NCBI RefSeq assembly: GCF_009914755.1
Contig: NC_060936.1
Direction: 5' to 3' (one strand)
Origin: the human T2T-CHM13v2.0 reference genome, Homo sapiens
DNA length: 64,000 bases
The stretch's first letter is position 1; every line of letters starts with the position of its first letter. The position numbers were made by a program, and so were the translations under genes. The notes under the pieces were generated by a model. It saw only the letters and a program-made list of their open reading frames with translations, did not search any database and was not told the origin of the DNA. Positions 16,888-31,919 of the stretch are shown in pieces.

Positions 16888-19537
16888 CGTAGCCAGCCAC
16901 GCAGAGAAACACTTTGACCTCCCCCCCAACAACACCCCCACGGTGGTTCTGGGTCTTACTGAACAATGAGAGGCACAGTACATTTAGAGGCTTTGGGAGG
17001 GCACCTCCCTTTCATCTGCTAACGGGTGTGTCGATGTGAGAAACAGTTTTAGGATGTCTCCTTGACTCAAGGCACAGGCTGAGCAATTATAGAAATCAAA
17101 TACGATGTCACATCAAGTGGCCCATCACTGAGTACTGGTGTCCGAGGCTGTTCAATTATATGCACCTGTTCCCGGAGCTTCCCAACTCTTCAGTGAAAGA
17201 CCTTTTGGGGTGGAATATTTCCTGCTTGCTCTTCTGGGCTATTTTAGGAAGATGGGCTGATACACTGTTCACATCTTCTTAGACATAATTGAGCATGACA
17301 AAAGGTGGGTGTGTACTGGGGTTTGCAGAAGAATCCTGCAGTAGTGGCCCTTTAAAGGGAGATTCTTTCTTACGGATGCTCCTGGCTCACTGGCACTCAA
17401 CCCGTTTGGCATCCCTGTTTGTTAGTCATAGAGAAACCGGGTCACCGTTACAAGAGCGGTGCCATTTTGATTCTGGGTTATGAGGGGAGGCAGGCAACTG
17501 CTGCTTGGGAATGGTGATTTTAAATCAAAGTTAATTGGGATTTCAATTAATTTAAACAGACATGAAAGTCATACTTTCCCAGAACACACGTGGCAGCTGA
17601 CGGCAATTCCATCCTTCCAGTTTGCTCAGGTTGAAAACCCTGGCGTCATCCCAGCTTCTCTCTTCCTTTTACATCCCACATCCTATCAATCAGTGAGTCG
17701 CCACCTCTAGCTTTGAACTCCCAGGGTTCTGGCCCATCTTCTCTCTTCCACCCTGATCCAAGCCCCATGATCTCATTCCTGGAATCTGCGGAAGCTGCTT
17801 CTAGCATCTTGCTTCTCTCATGCTTATCTCTTTCCAGTCTATTCTCATCGAGGAGCCAGAATGAGCCTTTGAAAATGCAAATCATAGCCCACTATGCCTC
17901 TGCACAGAACCCCAACCAAACAGGGCAGACAGCGGGCAGGCCAGAGGATGTGTGGCAGGGGCAGGGAGGTTGGGTGGGGAATGTGGTCCATCTTTTTTCA
18001 GTAGCATGATATTTCCTTCTGATCATGGGCCTTTTGGAAGCAGCCTAGAGAAGCTAGGCCAGATCTGACCTCCAGGAACTGCTAGATGAGAGATGTTCCA
18101 GATCAGAAGGATATTTGAGACTGAAGTAGGAAGTACATGGCATAAAGGAGTGAAGCAGGTGCTCATATACAAACAATGAGCACGCTCTCTCCAGTGCAGT
18201 AATAGGGAGTGGTGGGGACTGTGGCAAAGTGGAAAGCCTGTGCTCTGCCTACAAGGGACAGCTGCTCCCAGCTCCAGCCAACTGTCATCATATGAGAGTA
18301 TAGGTCTAATGCTGTCAGATCTTCCAGTTTTTCAAGAGAAGCTGGAAATTCAGCCCGATAGACTCTCCATATGCTCCATTGTTAGTATCACTGTGAGCCC
18401 ATGAATTTTAGTATATTTGATGGGTTTCAACCCATTGAGTCATTAGTTGTTTGGATGCTCTAAATCATCCCATCGTTGCCCAGCAGGCGCTCCTTCCAGC
18501 TGCCTCGCATGTCCTTTTGATGCATCCCCATCAGTAAAAGCATTTTCCTACTTCTTGGCACAAGATCCTCCAGATTCATCTGGTACATGTCTTGCTCTGG
18601 ACATGGGCTCAGCCGTTTCTTCAAGATGCCTGGGCTTGAACTCCCCATTTTTAAAGGTTAGCAAGAAATTCACATTAAGAATGAAAAGATCTGTTGCTGG
18701 GGTGGCCCTCTGAGGACCCTTGGGTAGATGTCCCAGCGTCCTCTGGAGAGACCCAGGCTGAGCGCCACCATCTCTGAGGAAGTTGGCCTCTGCTTCTGGA
18801 GCCTGCTGGGCTGATGGATGGCACAGCTAATGTATCTGGATGGTTGCATTCCACTCAGGGACAGTCACTGAGAAATGTCTAAAATGTACTCACCGTGAGA
18901 GCTGTTCCTACAGGTTTCACCTTGCAGAAATCTGTCAGGATTCAGGTGTGAATTCAGAGTTGGCACAGTGGGCTCTGTATACTGTGGCCATTTCCCCATC
19001 CTGCTGTCTTCTGTGCTATTGAGGAGTTATGAAAGGACACAGGATGGGGATGAGGGTGTCTAGAATGGGCCATCCCTAATGAATATACCCTAAACCAATG
19101 GAGAGCTCTTCCTTTAACCCTTCTGCCTCCACAGACAACTGGTGCTGGATGTGTCTACCAAAGCACCTGCTTTCCTGGAAGCCTGCACATGCTCAGGATG
19201 TGGACCGTGTGCATAATTTTTATTGGACACCCCTCGTGTGAGCTGGGAGTGCGAGTGCCTGGGTTTGAATCCTGGCTTGGCTGCGTACTGAATCTGGAAT
19301 CTTGGGGCAAGCTGCCTAACCTTTCTGTGCCTCAGTTTCCTCATCTTAAAAATGGGGACATAGAAATACCTAGGTCAGGGGCTCGTGATGATGAGTAAGT
19401 GAGTCAATACATGTAAATCCCTTAGAACAGTGGCTGACACCTAGCAAGGGTCAGTAAACCTTGGTTTTGAGAATGATTTGAATCTGTGTCCAGTCAGATA
19501 GACGCAATTCCTAGATGGTTAGTTATATGATGCACAT

Positions 19538-19903
19538 ATTTCTCTTTTCCTTTTCCTTTCCTTTCTTTCTTGATGCCTCCTTGCTCTTTAACTCTTTTAT
19601 TCCTTCTTTCCATCCTCTCTCCTCTCCTCTTCTTCCCTTCCTTCCTCCCTTCTTTCTCTCTTCCTTTTTTCCCTTCCTCCCTTCCTCCTTCCCTTTCTCT
19701 CTCCCTTCCTTCATTTCCCACCCCCTCCCATTTCCCCCTCCCCTCCCGTTTCCCCCTCCCCTCTCCTTTCCCCTCCCCTCCCCTTTTGCCCTCCCCTCCC
19801 CTTTCCCTCTCCCCTCTCCTTTCCCCTCCCCTCTCCTCCCCCACCTTTCCTTTCACCCCTTACCCCTCTCCCCTCCCCTTCCCTCCCCTCCCCCCCTCCC
19901 TCC
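19538..19903. repeat. Polypyrimidine/polypurine low-complexity tract
   Basis: ~365 bp almost entirely C/T on the + strand. Confidence 0.95.
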
Positions 19904-19937
19904 ATTGGTTTGGGTTAATTTTCTGCCACATGCAACC

Positions 19938-20102
19938 CAGGCTGGCTTCACGGACATGGGACTGGAGCAGTTGCAGGGGATGCTATGCTCAGAAGGACCC
20001 CAAACTTTGTGTCATGCTCTTGAAATTCTTAATACTTTTTGACCAAAGGCTCCCTGCCTTTTCATTTTGCACCGGGCCCCGCATATGACCTAGCCGGTCC
20101 TG
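19938..20102 (+). mobile_element. MER45A hAT-Tip100 element
   Basis: caggctggcttca...ttcattttgcaccgggccccgca...tagccggtcctg. Confidence 0.75.
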
Positions 20103-21387
20103 TGTGTCGCCAAAGTGTCTGGCCAGCCGTCCTCTCTGTCAGGACATCTCTTTGTGTCTCTGTCTTCTGGCACATGATGGGCTTTCAGCAAATACAGATT
20201 GAACTCAAATCATCATCCCCAGGATCAGTGCATCTTTTTTGGTCTCTGTTCTTGTCATCCAGCACCTGCCTGGGCGGCGTGCGAACTCATGTATACCTGT
20301 GTGCAGAGAGCTTAGCTGAGTGTGTGCAGGGGACTTGATTACGTTTTGTTTCTGTGAAAGTCTTGCTCCAATTCGAGGTGCAGGCTGCCACGTCCCAGCC
20401 TCCAGTCCTATGCAAACCGGCCTTGACTTCTGTGTGGGCGTCTGGAAACAGTAACGAGGGCTCACCTTCTTGGAATGTGGAGATTTTGACAAAGATCAGC
20501 AGCGATGGCTCCTCCAGAGTAATTGGAGGTTTTGCCGAGATTCGGTACCAACTCTAGGCAGCAGATGGGAGGCTCTTTCTTTCCTTCTTGCTCAGAAGCC
20601 TGGTTTGCAAGGTAACGCTGCCTTCTGCCTTGAAGGCGAGGAACAGGGGAAAAGTGTTCCTGTGGGCCCCAGAGGTGGTGCTGGGCTTCCTGGGTTTCTT
20701 GTGCTGCATTGAGGAGGCGCTTCCTGCACCCGGGCTCAGAGGGGCTCAGCTACTACTTCCTGGAAGAGACTGAGCCAGCAAGGCTTCAACGGGGCAAATT
20801 CTCTAAACTGGGAACCGCACAAGAGGTCGCGAACCCTCGCGAGGGAGGCACAAAGATCTTTTCTTCCAGCTCAAATGAGTGAAGTTGCCAGAGGCTGCTG
20901 TCATTTTTCAGCTAAGTCTGAGGGGTTAGGAGCTGGGATGAGATGTTTCTTTCTTCAGTGCTAATGACTATCTAGGTTGCCTGGCCTGTTCTTTCAGAAA
21001 TTAGAATAAAGATTAGCTGAGAAATGTCTTCTTTGTGCAAAGTGCCTCTGGTGGGCACTGGCTGCCATGTGGGAGGTCTGCAGATGCCGCTAGAAATGGG
21101 AGACTTGGAGCTGGAGAGGGGAGTCTGGGGGCACTGTCCTGTCTACACTTGCAGGCAGAGTTGGGGCTGGTTAACTGTCCAGGTTTATTTAGTGCTCTGC
21201 TCTGGGTTTTTCTTTCCTATGTGATCTAGACAGACTCAAGAAGGCACCCTCCTGGGCTTGCAAACTCAACCAATGCCAGGAACCAGGCAGCTTATGCACA
21301 GAAGGAAGTAGGTTAGGGGTTAGGGAGTCAGCACAGCAGCAAATCCAGCTGATGATGCTGTGCCTACGCGAAGGCGCATAACAGTAG

Positions 21388-21738
<351 letters not shown>

Positions 21739-24506
21739 TGAATGCTTGTATGTATCTTAACTCAAGCAATCCTCATGATAGCCCCGATGCCGTGGGTACC
21801 ATGATCCTTGTTTTACAGATGAGGAAACTGAGGCACAGAACAATGGAGTCACTTGGCCAAGGTAACACAACTAGAAGGCAGTAGAGCTGGGGTTGGAGCC
21901 TCAGATTCTGTGTCACTTGCCTGTTGGTGGTTAAGGGGTGATGGGACTTGGAGTGAACAGGAGACCCCATTCCCCATCTAAAGATAGCAGTTGCTACTTG
22001 GCCAATTGTTGTAATGCACACCAGCAGTTTGCAGCCCTTGACGTCTGCCCAGCAGTGGCTCCAGAGACTGAGGATGCTCTGGAGGTGGTTGTAATGGAGG
22101 TACTTAGGACAACAAGCAGGGGACCCTGGGTCACCACCCCCTGGATGTTGCAGAAATGGAAGATCAGCATCCCCCCCTCACCTGGCTGGCTTTTCTGGGG
22201 ACACAGGTGGTCTTAGAGTAGCAGAGTTTGTCCTGGATACTGAGTTCCCTGAATGTTCTCTCCAACAAGCACTCCCTTAGCTTCAAGTTGCCCAGCTCAA
22301 AGGAAGAGGGCTCATTACCTCCTCTTCTGTCTTTAGGTGTTGGAACATTCTTTCTACACAGATCCATATCTGCCTCCCCATCAAGTCCATCCTGGATTCC
22401 AGGGATTACACAGGATAAATCTAATTCCTCCTCTACAGGACAGTCCTATGGGCAATTGCTGATGTGCTTCAGAGCTGCCTGGCTTGAGACCCCTTTGAGA
22501 ATAAAATCCAAGCTCCTGGTGGGGGGCGGGAGCAGTGGCTGCATGGCCTGCCCCTGCCCTGATTCTAAGCAGCATCTCTTCGCACTCTTTCTCTTTCTCT
22601 ATGTCAGGCATTCTAACCTTGCTTTTCCTCAATACATCAAGCTAAAGGGTTCTTTTCTTTCCTTTTTAAAATGTTTTATTTTGAACCAATTTTAAATGTA
22701 GAGAAAAGCTGCAGAAAGAGTACAGAGAGGTCCTATGTACCTTTAACCTGGCTTCCATGAAGCTATTTTCTAGAAGGTGGTCAAAGAAGGCAGCACTGAG
22801 TAGATGATTTTCAGCTGAGGTCTGAGTAGTGGGAAGGGACTGACTATATAAAGACCTGGGGCAGCTCATTCCGGAAGAGGGGGCAGGAAGTGCAAATGTC
22901 CTGTGGCAGAACGGTGCCAGATGTCCACTAGACACAAAGTGGGGGGCTGCAGTGACGTAAGCGAGGGGGACAGAGCAGTGAGAAGGACCATCCCACAAAC
23001 TGTACTACAGGCCACCATGAGAACTTGGACTTTTACTCTGAGTCAAATGGGAGCCATGGGAGGTTTGGGAGCAGGGCAGGAGGCCTGATGTGACTCGCCT
23101 AAGGTCCCCGATAAATAAGTACATCTCTTTCTCAGCCACAGCCTTTGGCCAAGCCTCCTCTCCTTGCCTGCCCACCACAACCCACCTACCTCTTGTTCCT
23201 GGCAGGGTGGTGAGAGGGCTGGAAGCAGAATGGGGGGCTCCCGATCAAAGGATAGTGCCGCCTTCCCAACTTGGGGACAGAACCCCTTGTTATCCCGATC
23301 CTTCTCCATCATCAGCCTGGCAGAGACTCCCGCCTGTTGACCTTGGGCAAGTGACTTCCCCTCTCTGTGCCTCAGTTTCCTCCTCAGATGGAGCTGATTG
23401 TAGTACCTGGGTTGTTGAGAGGATTAGCATGGGTTGGTATACTCAAAGCGATTGGAAGCACCTGGCCTGGAGTGCGCACCGTGTGACTATTAGGCACGAT
23501 TGTTTAAATTCACCTGCAGCTTCACATTGCTGCAGGTGCATCTGTGTAAAAGGCTGAGTCTCCCCTGCCCATCAGTCTCTGTTGTTAAAGATCACCATGC
23601 ATCCGGAGCATGGATCCACTGCTCTCACCCGACGGGCAGAACTGGGAAGTGGGGGTGCTCCCCTTCAGTCTTTTGTCCTTGCCTTTTCCTGGGCTGGGGG
23701 CAGGACTTTGGGCTTTGGTTTTGGCGAGGGGTCCTGGCTTGAGTGAAGGGGACATCATCAAAGGATAGTGCTGCCTTCCCACCATGGGGTCATATCCCCT
23801 CATCATCTCTATCCTCCTCCGTCATCAGCTTAGTGGAGTCTCCCGCCTGTTGACCTTGGGCAGGTGACCTCCAGGGCTGGGCTTTCACCTGGAGCCTTCA
23901 CATTCTGGGGCTGCCAGAAGGGGTGGCCAGTGTGACTTTGAGGGGCCCCAGACCTGCCCTCCTTGCTTCATCTGGGGAGCTCTCAGTGGTTCTCTTCATC
24001 ATCTTTCTCTGTAAGGGTGTTTTTTCCCCTTAAACAACTCAGAAACTCCACTCCTAGGTAAGTGGAAATGCAAATATAAACACGAAGACGTGTGTGAGAA
24101 TTGTTTCTTAAAACATTGTATGTAATCACAGAAGCTTGGAACCAACCTAAACTTCCAGCAGGAGAATGGATCCATATGGTATTTCCATACAATGGGATAC
24201 CAAATAGTAGCAAAGTGAGTGGGTTACGGCGATGTATGTCAATAAATGTAATTTTCGTAGACATAATGTTGGGTGGAAAATGCAAGTTGTAGAATCATAG
24301 AGTACAATGCTATTTATATAAAATCTAGAAATGATACAACATATCTTACCATATGTAGGCACTATATACTACAATAAAAGTAAAAAAAACTCACAACATG
24401 GTGAACCCCAAGTTGAGGAAAGGGGTTACCTCTGGGGTCAGGAGGGAACTGTGGTTGGGGAGGGACCACGGAGGACTTCACCTGTGTTTGCAGTGACCTG
24501 TTTCTT

Positions 24507-24984
24507 TCTTTCTTTTTTTTTTTTCAAACAGAGCTTTTAATGAATTTATTTTTCTTCAACTTTTATTTTTAGTTCTGGGGTACATGTGCAGGGTGTGCAG
24601 ATTTGTTACGTAGGTAAATGTGTGCGATGGTGGTTTGCTGCATCTGTCAGCCCATCACCTAGGTATTAAGCCCAGAATGCATTAGCTATTTTTCCCGATG
24701 CTCTCCCTTCCCACCCCCACCCTGACAGGCCCCAGTGTGTGTTGTCCCTGACCCACCATGTCCATGTGTTCTCACCATTCAGCTCCCACTTATAAGTGAG
24801 AACATGAAGTGTTTGGTTTTCTGTTCCTGTGTTAGTTTGCTGAGGACAATGGCTTCCAGCTCCATCCATATCCCTGCAAAGGACATTTCATTCCTTTTAA
24901 TGGCTGCATAATATTCCATGGTGTGTATGTACCACATTTTCTTTATCCAGTCTACCATTGATGGGCATTTGGGTTGATTCCATG
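24507..24984 (-). mobile_element. 5'-truncated L1PA inserted in an older + strand L1M (~24040-25080)
   Basis: Reverse L1PA 3' UTR (ggggtacatgtgcag...tcccacttataagtgagaacatg); exact 18-bp TSD tgcagtgacctgtttctt at 24489-24506 and 24985-25002. Confidence 0.92.
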
Positions 24985-25926
24985 TGCAGTGACCTGTTTC
25001 TTAACTTGGATGGTTGGTCCAGGTATGTTCACTGTATTATAAAAATCCTCTTGTAAAAATATTACATAATCAATTAAAAATATGTTGTTTGAATAACAGT
25101 TTGTATAGCTAAGGAAAAAATTAGTCTGGAAGTTGCTGGACTGGATGTCCTTGGCCTCTCTTGCTGGTATTGACCCACTGGGGTCCCCCGGTTGTCCCCA
25201 GAGGCCATGATATAATCCTGGGTTTCAGGGCAGGTGGCCCAGTGGTAAGAGCATCAGGTAGAGGTGGCTCAGGTCCTGGTTTTGTCCTGGTGAACCTTGG
25301 ATAAGAGTTGTGTCCTCTCTGAATGTCAGTTTCCTCAATTGTAAAATGGGAAGAATTTAGTCCCCATGACTACAGCTCCCGGGGCTGGTGGGAGGATTTG
25401 CAGAGATGGTGGCACGTGTAGCGTGTTTAGCTCAGAGCCGGTGGCAGTGTACTATGCACAACACACAGTAGATGCTGTTGATGATGATAGTGAACAGTCA
25501 TTCCATCCACACAGTGAGAGGGACAGGCAGAGGAAGAGGGGAGAAGTAACGAGAACTTGGCTTTCCAGTATGGGTCCCAACGCCTCCACATTAACGAGGC
25601 TGCCGCCTTGTGTTCAAGCCCCAGGAGGACTGGTTGGTTTTGAGCCACACTGACTGGAAGCCTCTCTTCTGCTGTGGCCACACACCCTGCTGCCCTTCAT
25701 GTGGCTGCAGACTAACTCTGATCCATCACACATCCACAGCTGATGGTGACCTCAGACTACCCTCCCTATCCTGCTGAGATGGGCACTGACTCTCTGGTTC
25801 CCCTCAGGGCTGCGCTGGGCTTCCTTCCTTCTTGTTGACTCAAAACTGGGGTGCAGTTACCAGGAGGGGGATGGATACTGAAGGGTTCAATTATCACATA
25901 GGTCCAGTGATCAGAAGGGAGCCACT

Positions 25927-26221
25927 GGCCAGGTGTAGTGGCTCACACCTGTAATCCCAGCCCTGTGGGAGGCTGAGGTGGGAGGATCAGTTGAGCCCAG
26001 GAGTTCAAGATCAGCCTGGGCAATATAGTGAGACCCTGTCTCTATAAAAAGTAAACAAAATTAGCCAGGTGTGATGGTTTGTGCCCATAGTTCCAGCCAC
26101 TTGGGAGGCTGAGGTGGGAGGATTGCTTGCACCTGGGAGGTTGAGGGCTGCAGTGAGCCCTGATTGTGCCATTGCACGCCGGCCTGGGCAATAGAGCAAG
26201 ACCCTGCCTAAAAAAAAAAAA
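25927..26221 (+). mobile_element. AluJ
   Basis: Full dimer; TSD aagggagccac. Confidence 0.9.
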
Positions 26222-27469
26222 GGGAGCCACCGGTCTAGGGCAGCACAATTCACCTTTTCTACAAGGACTGGCCTCCCTTGCCTGGACTCTCCTGTGATGT
26301 CTCTGGGTCCTGCACTGAGCTTTGGCCTTTTGGGGGCTGGCTTGGAGCCTCACCGTCCTGCTGGAGCCCCTCATGTAACTGTATCAACAATGGCCCAGCT
26401 GGGGAGGAGGTCTGATCCAGCAGCCTCATTCATGCAGGCACCAGAGAGAAAATAGGAGCAAATAAATTGCTGGCCTACGTTAAATTTAGTCTTATTCTGT
26501 TGGAGCTAATTGTAATCTTTATTTGGTCCCAAGTGATTCATTCTTATCGCTCTTATTATAGCTGAGAAAATTAATTTTTATTCTACCATAACGGTGGCTG
26601 TAATAATCTGGGTTCAGGGAGGGGGATTACTTTAATAAGATTTGCCAACAGGCTTTGAAACAGTCAGCTTTTATTAGCGTGTGGAACCGGCCTGTTGCGC
26701 TGGAGAGGACATTAGGGGTTCCTGGTGGCATTGCTGGGGTGAGCTTGGCTAGGAGAAGGGACAGGTTTGTTTGCTCTATGAAGAACTCAGGCCTGTTTCC
26801 ATTCCTGTGTTTAAGTACAGGAACGGCTCCACAAGGGGGAAGCTGAGTCGACCTCAGTCTTTGGCCGACTTAAATGGAAACAAATGCATTTAAATGAATC
26901 ATGAGTCTGCTCCTGAAACACCACGCACCATAGGGACAAGGGAAAATGCACTGGGGTCAGGCTGGTCTTAGACATTGGGACTGTGGGGAATATGGAAAGC
27001 AACACATCTTCCAGAAGGAGCAGATGTTATGCACCCATTATCTCTCTATTTGCAATTCCAGATTCCCAAACCTCTGAGAACCACAATGTTTTTGGTAAAT
27101 TTTCAGCAGACTCATTGGGTGGTAGAACCTCACCTGAGCTCATTTATAACTTTATTTGTTCCACTTAAGAGGAAGGCTCTTGTCTTTGACTTGGAACCAC
27201 TGGTGTGTGGATTCAAAGATCCTGCCCCAGGCTCCGCTGAAGGTGCTACTGAGATTCAGCGTATGCATTGGTCTTGCCTGTCTAAATCAGAGAAATTAGG
27301 AACTGAGAGTTCTGGAAAAGAGGTGCTGGATCTGGATACATGCAATGTAGACCAAAGAAGTGGTAGATTTTTCTGACTTTGGGGGAGAGAAACCGGAGGT
27401 CCTAACTGTTATGTGACATCTCTCAATTTCGATTTGTTTACTGAGTCAAACTTTTACATTTTGTGTTTT

Positions 27470-28890
<1,421 letters not shown>

Positions 28891-29346
28891 GACATAATAC
28901 ATTCATATGGTTCAAATTTCAAAAAGTATAAAAGTGATTATAATTAAAAAAATTCCATCTTACCCCTCAGCAATCCAGTTTTCTTTTGCACAGGCAGTCA
29001 ACATGATTAGCATTTCCCCCCAATGTGTTCAGAGATATTTCATGCATAGAAAATCATAGAAATGTACTTTTCTATGCATATATATATATATGCTGTATAT
29101 GTTTCCCTATGTATAGTTTGCTTTGCCTTCATAGACAGTAGCAAACCATGAGTACTGTTCGGTACCTTGTTTTTTTCCACTTAACACACAATTTGTCTGG
29201 AGAACCTTCTCTGACATAAAGAGCTGCAATTTTTCAAGCACTGTCCTTCCACATTCCATCGTGTGCCTGGCCTATAGCTTATGTTGTCACTCCTTGATTG
29301 ATGGACACTGGCTTGGTTCTAGTCTTTTGCCACTACGAAAATGACT

Positions 29347-30012
<666 letters not shown>

Positions 30013-30684
30013 CCTTGTTTCTTAATGAAGAAAATGGTAGTGCCTACCTACCTCATAGAGTTATAAGGACGAAAGGAGCTCGTGTATATAAAGGCATCCA
30101 CAGGGCCTGGCACCCAGAAAAATCATGTGAGCATTATAGAAAGAAGCCAATAAGCCAGAGAGCTCCGACCAAAAAGTTGGAAACAAACCCCCCAACCGTG
30201 AAATTTCCTTAGAAACACACACATACACACACACAACGGGGGCAGGGAAAGAATGCAAGAGGTGAACACCTTCTTAACATAAAAATGACCCAACTTCAGA
30301 TCAGAAAAATGGAGGCCTCATGTTTGCAGAATTCTCTGCAAAATGTCAAATCTCTGTTCAATAACTTTCAAATGCCACAATCCGTGCGTTTGAATAATAA
30401 TTCTTTGAAGGTCTAGTAAATAAATATATTGACAAACAGATTAATTGCTAATCACTTCTCCAATGTTGTCATTACTTCCAAAGAGTTAGATCCAAAACAA
30501 GGTGGTCTGCACCAGAAAGGTGCAAGTAGAATTACTGCCTCCACGAAGAACCTTGCAGGTGTGTCACGTCACGCGTGTGCAGGTAGATTCATAGGATAAG
30601 TTCTGAGAAGAAGAATTAATCAAAAGGTATGTGCAGACTAATTTTGGATAGATTTTGCCAAATTATCAATTTTACTCCCTAGAG

Positions 30685-30989
30685 CAGGGTTCCCCAACCC
30701 CTAGGCCACGGACTGGTACTGGTCTGTGGCCTGTTAGGAACCGGACCACACAGCAGCAGGCTAGCGAGCATTACTGCCTGAGCTCTGCCTCCTGTCGGAT
30801 CAGCGGCAGCATTAGAGCCTCATAGGAGCCCAAACCCTATTGTGAACTGTGCATGCGAGGGACCTAGGTTGCGTTCCCCTTATGACGTGAAACAGTTTCA
30901 TCCTGAAACCATCCCTGCCCTCCACCATCCATGGAAAACTTGCCTTTCATGAAACTGGTCTCTGGTGCCAAAAAGGTTGGGGACCACTG
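30685..30989 (-). mobile_element. MER1B hAT-Charlie element
   Basis: Termini cagggttccccaacc...ggttggggaccactg; perfect 8-bp TSD ccctagag (30677-30684, 30990-30997). Confidence 0.9.
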
Positions 30990-31861
30990 CCCTAGAGTGA
31001 CAACTGAGATCGTGTTCCCTTAGCTATCTTAGCTAGACTCCAAAAGTCTGGTCTTTGGATCTTATCAGCTTGAAAGGTGAGCTGTGGACGTGGCAATCTC
31101 TTATTTTGGGGGAAAACAGTCCAACTTCAACGGGGCTCAAACAAAACTCCTTTGGGCCAGTTCCTGCTCTGGGCCCCTTGGTGTAGACAGTGGTTACCTG
31201 CCTGCAACGCAAAACAGAGAGCTCTTCTGGCATTGTTTCCACTGAGATAGCTGATAACAAGGGGTAGATGTAGCCTGAGGCACCAGTTCCATTGTGTTTA
31301 CAATTTTTGCAAATTGAATAAGTCATGCCAGCGATTTCTCAGGACACATCTGCCAGTTGCTTACATTTTTCACAGGCCCAGAACATATGGGTAAGGTAAA
31401 GACGCAAACACACAAAACCCAGAAAAAAGCACAGCATCCCAGCTGACAGGAAACCTTTTGAATTCTCATCAAAACAGGAGCGTTTGATGCCCCTAGAATG
31501 CATGGCCATGGGAGCAGCAGCCTCAAACCAGGCAGGAGCGGAGGACCTTCAAAGCAGCGCCCAGGGGAAATGGGAAGGCTTTCTGGTGCAAGCTGCCTTG
31601 TTTTGGATCTAACTGTTTGGAAGTAATGACAATATCGGAGAAGTGATTAGCAATTAATCTGTTTGTCAATATATTTATTTACTAAGCCTTCAAAGAATTA
31701 TTTGAACGCACGGATTGTGGCATTTGAAAGTTATTGATCAGAGATTTGACATTTTTGCGGAGAACTCTGGAAACATGGGGCCTCCATTTTTCTGATCTGA
31801 AGTTGGCTCATTTTTATGTTAAGAAGGTGTTCACCTCTTGCATTCTTTCCCTGCCTCCCAC

Positions 31862-31863
<2 letters not shown>

Positions 31864-31918
<55 letters not shown>
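31864..31918. repeat. (TG)~27 microsatellite inside the IR1 right arm
   Basis: Directly visible. Confidence 0.95.

Positions 31919-31919
<1 letters not shown>

Noticed and set aside
19494-20088. Pro/Ser/Phe-rich and Gly/Glu/Arg-rich ORFs
   Set aside because: Artefacts of the C/T low-complexity tract.
30520-31578. IR1 or IR2 spacer already inverted in this sequence
   Set aside because: Repeat fragments inside each spacer are collinear with their continuations outside (old L1 for IR1, MLT1A for IR2), so this haplotype appears to have the ancestral orientation.
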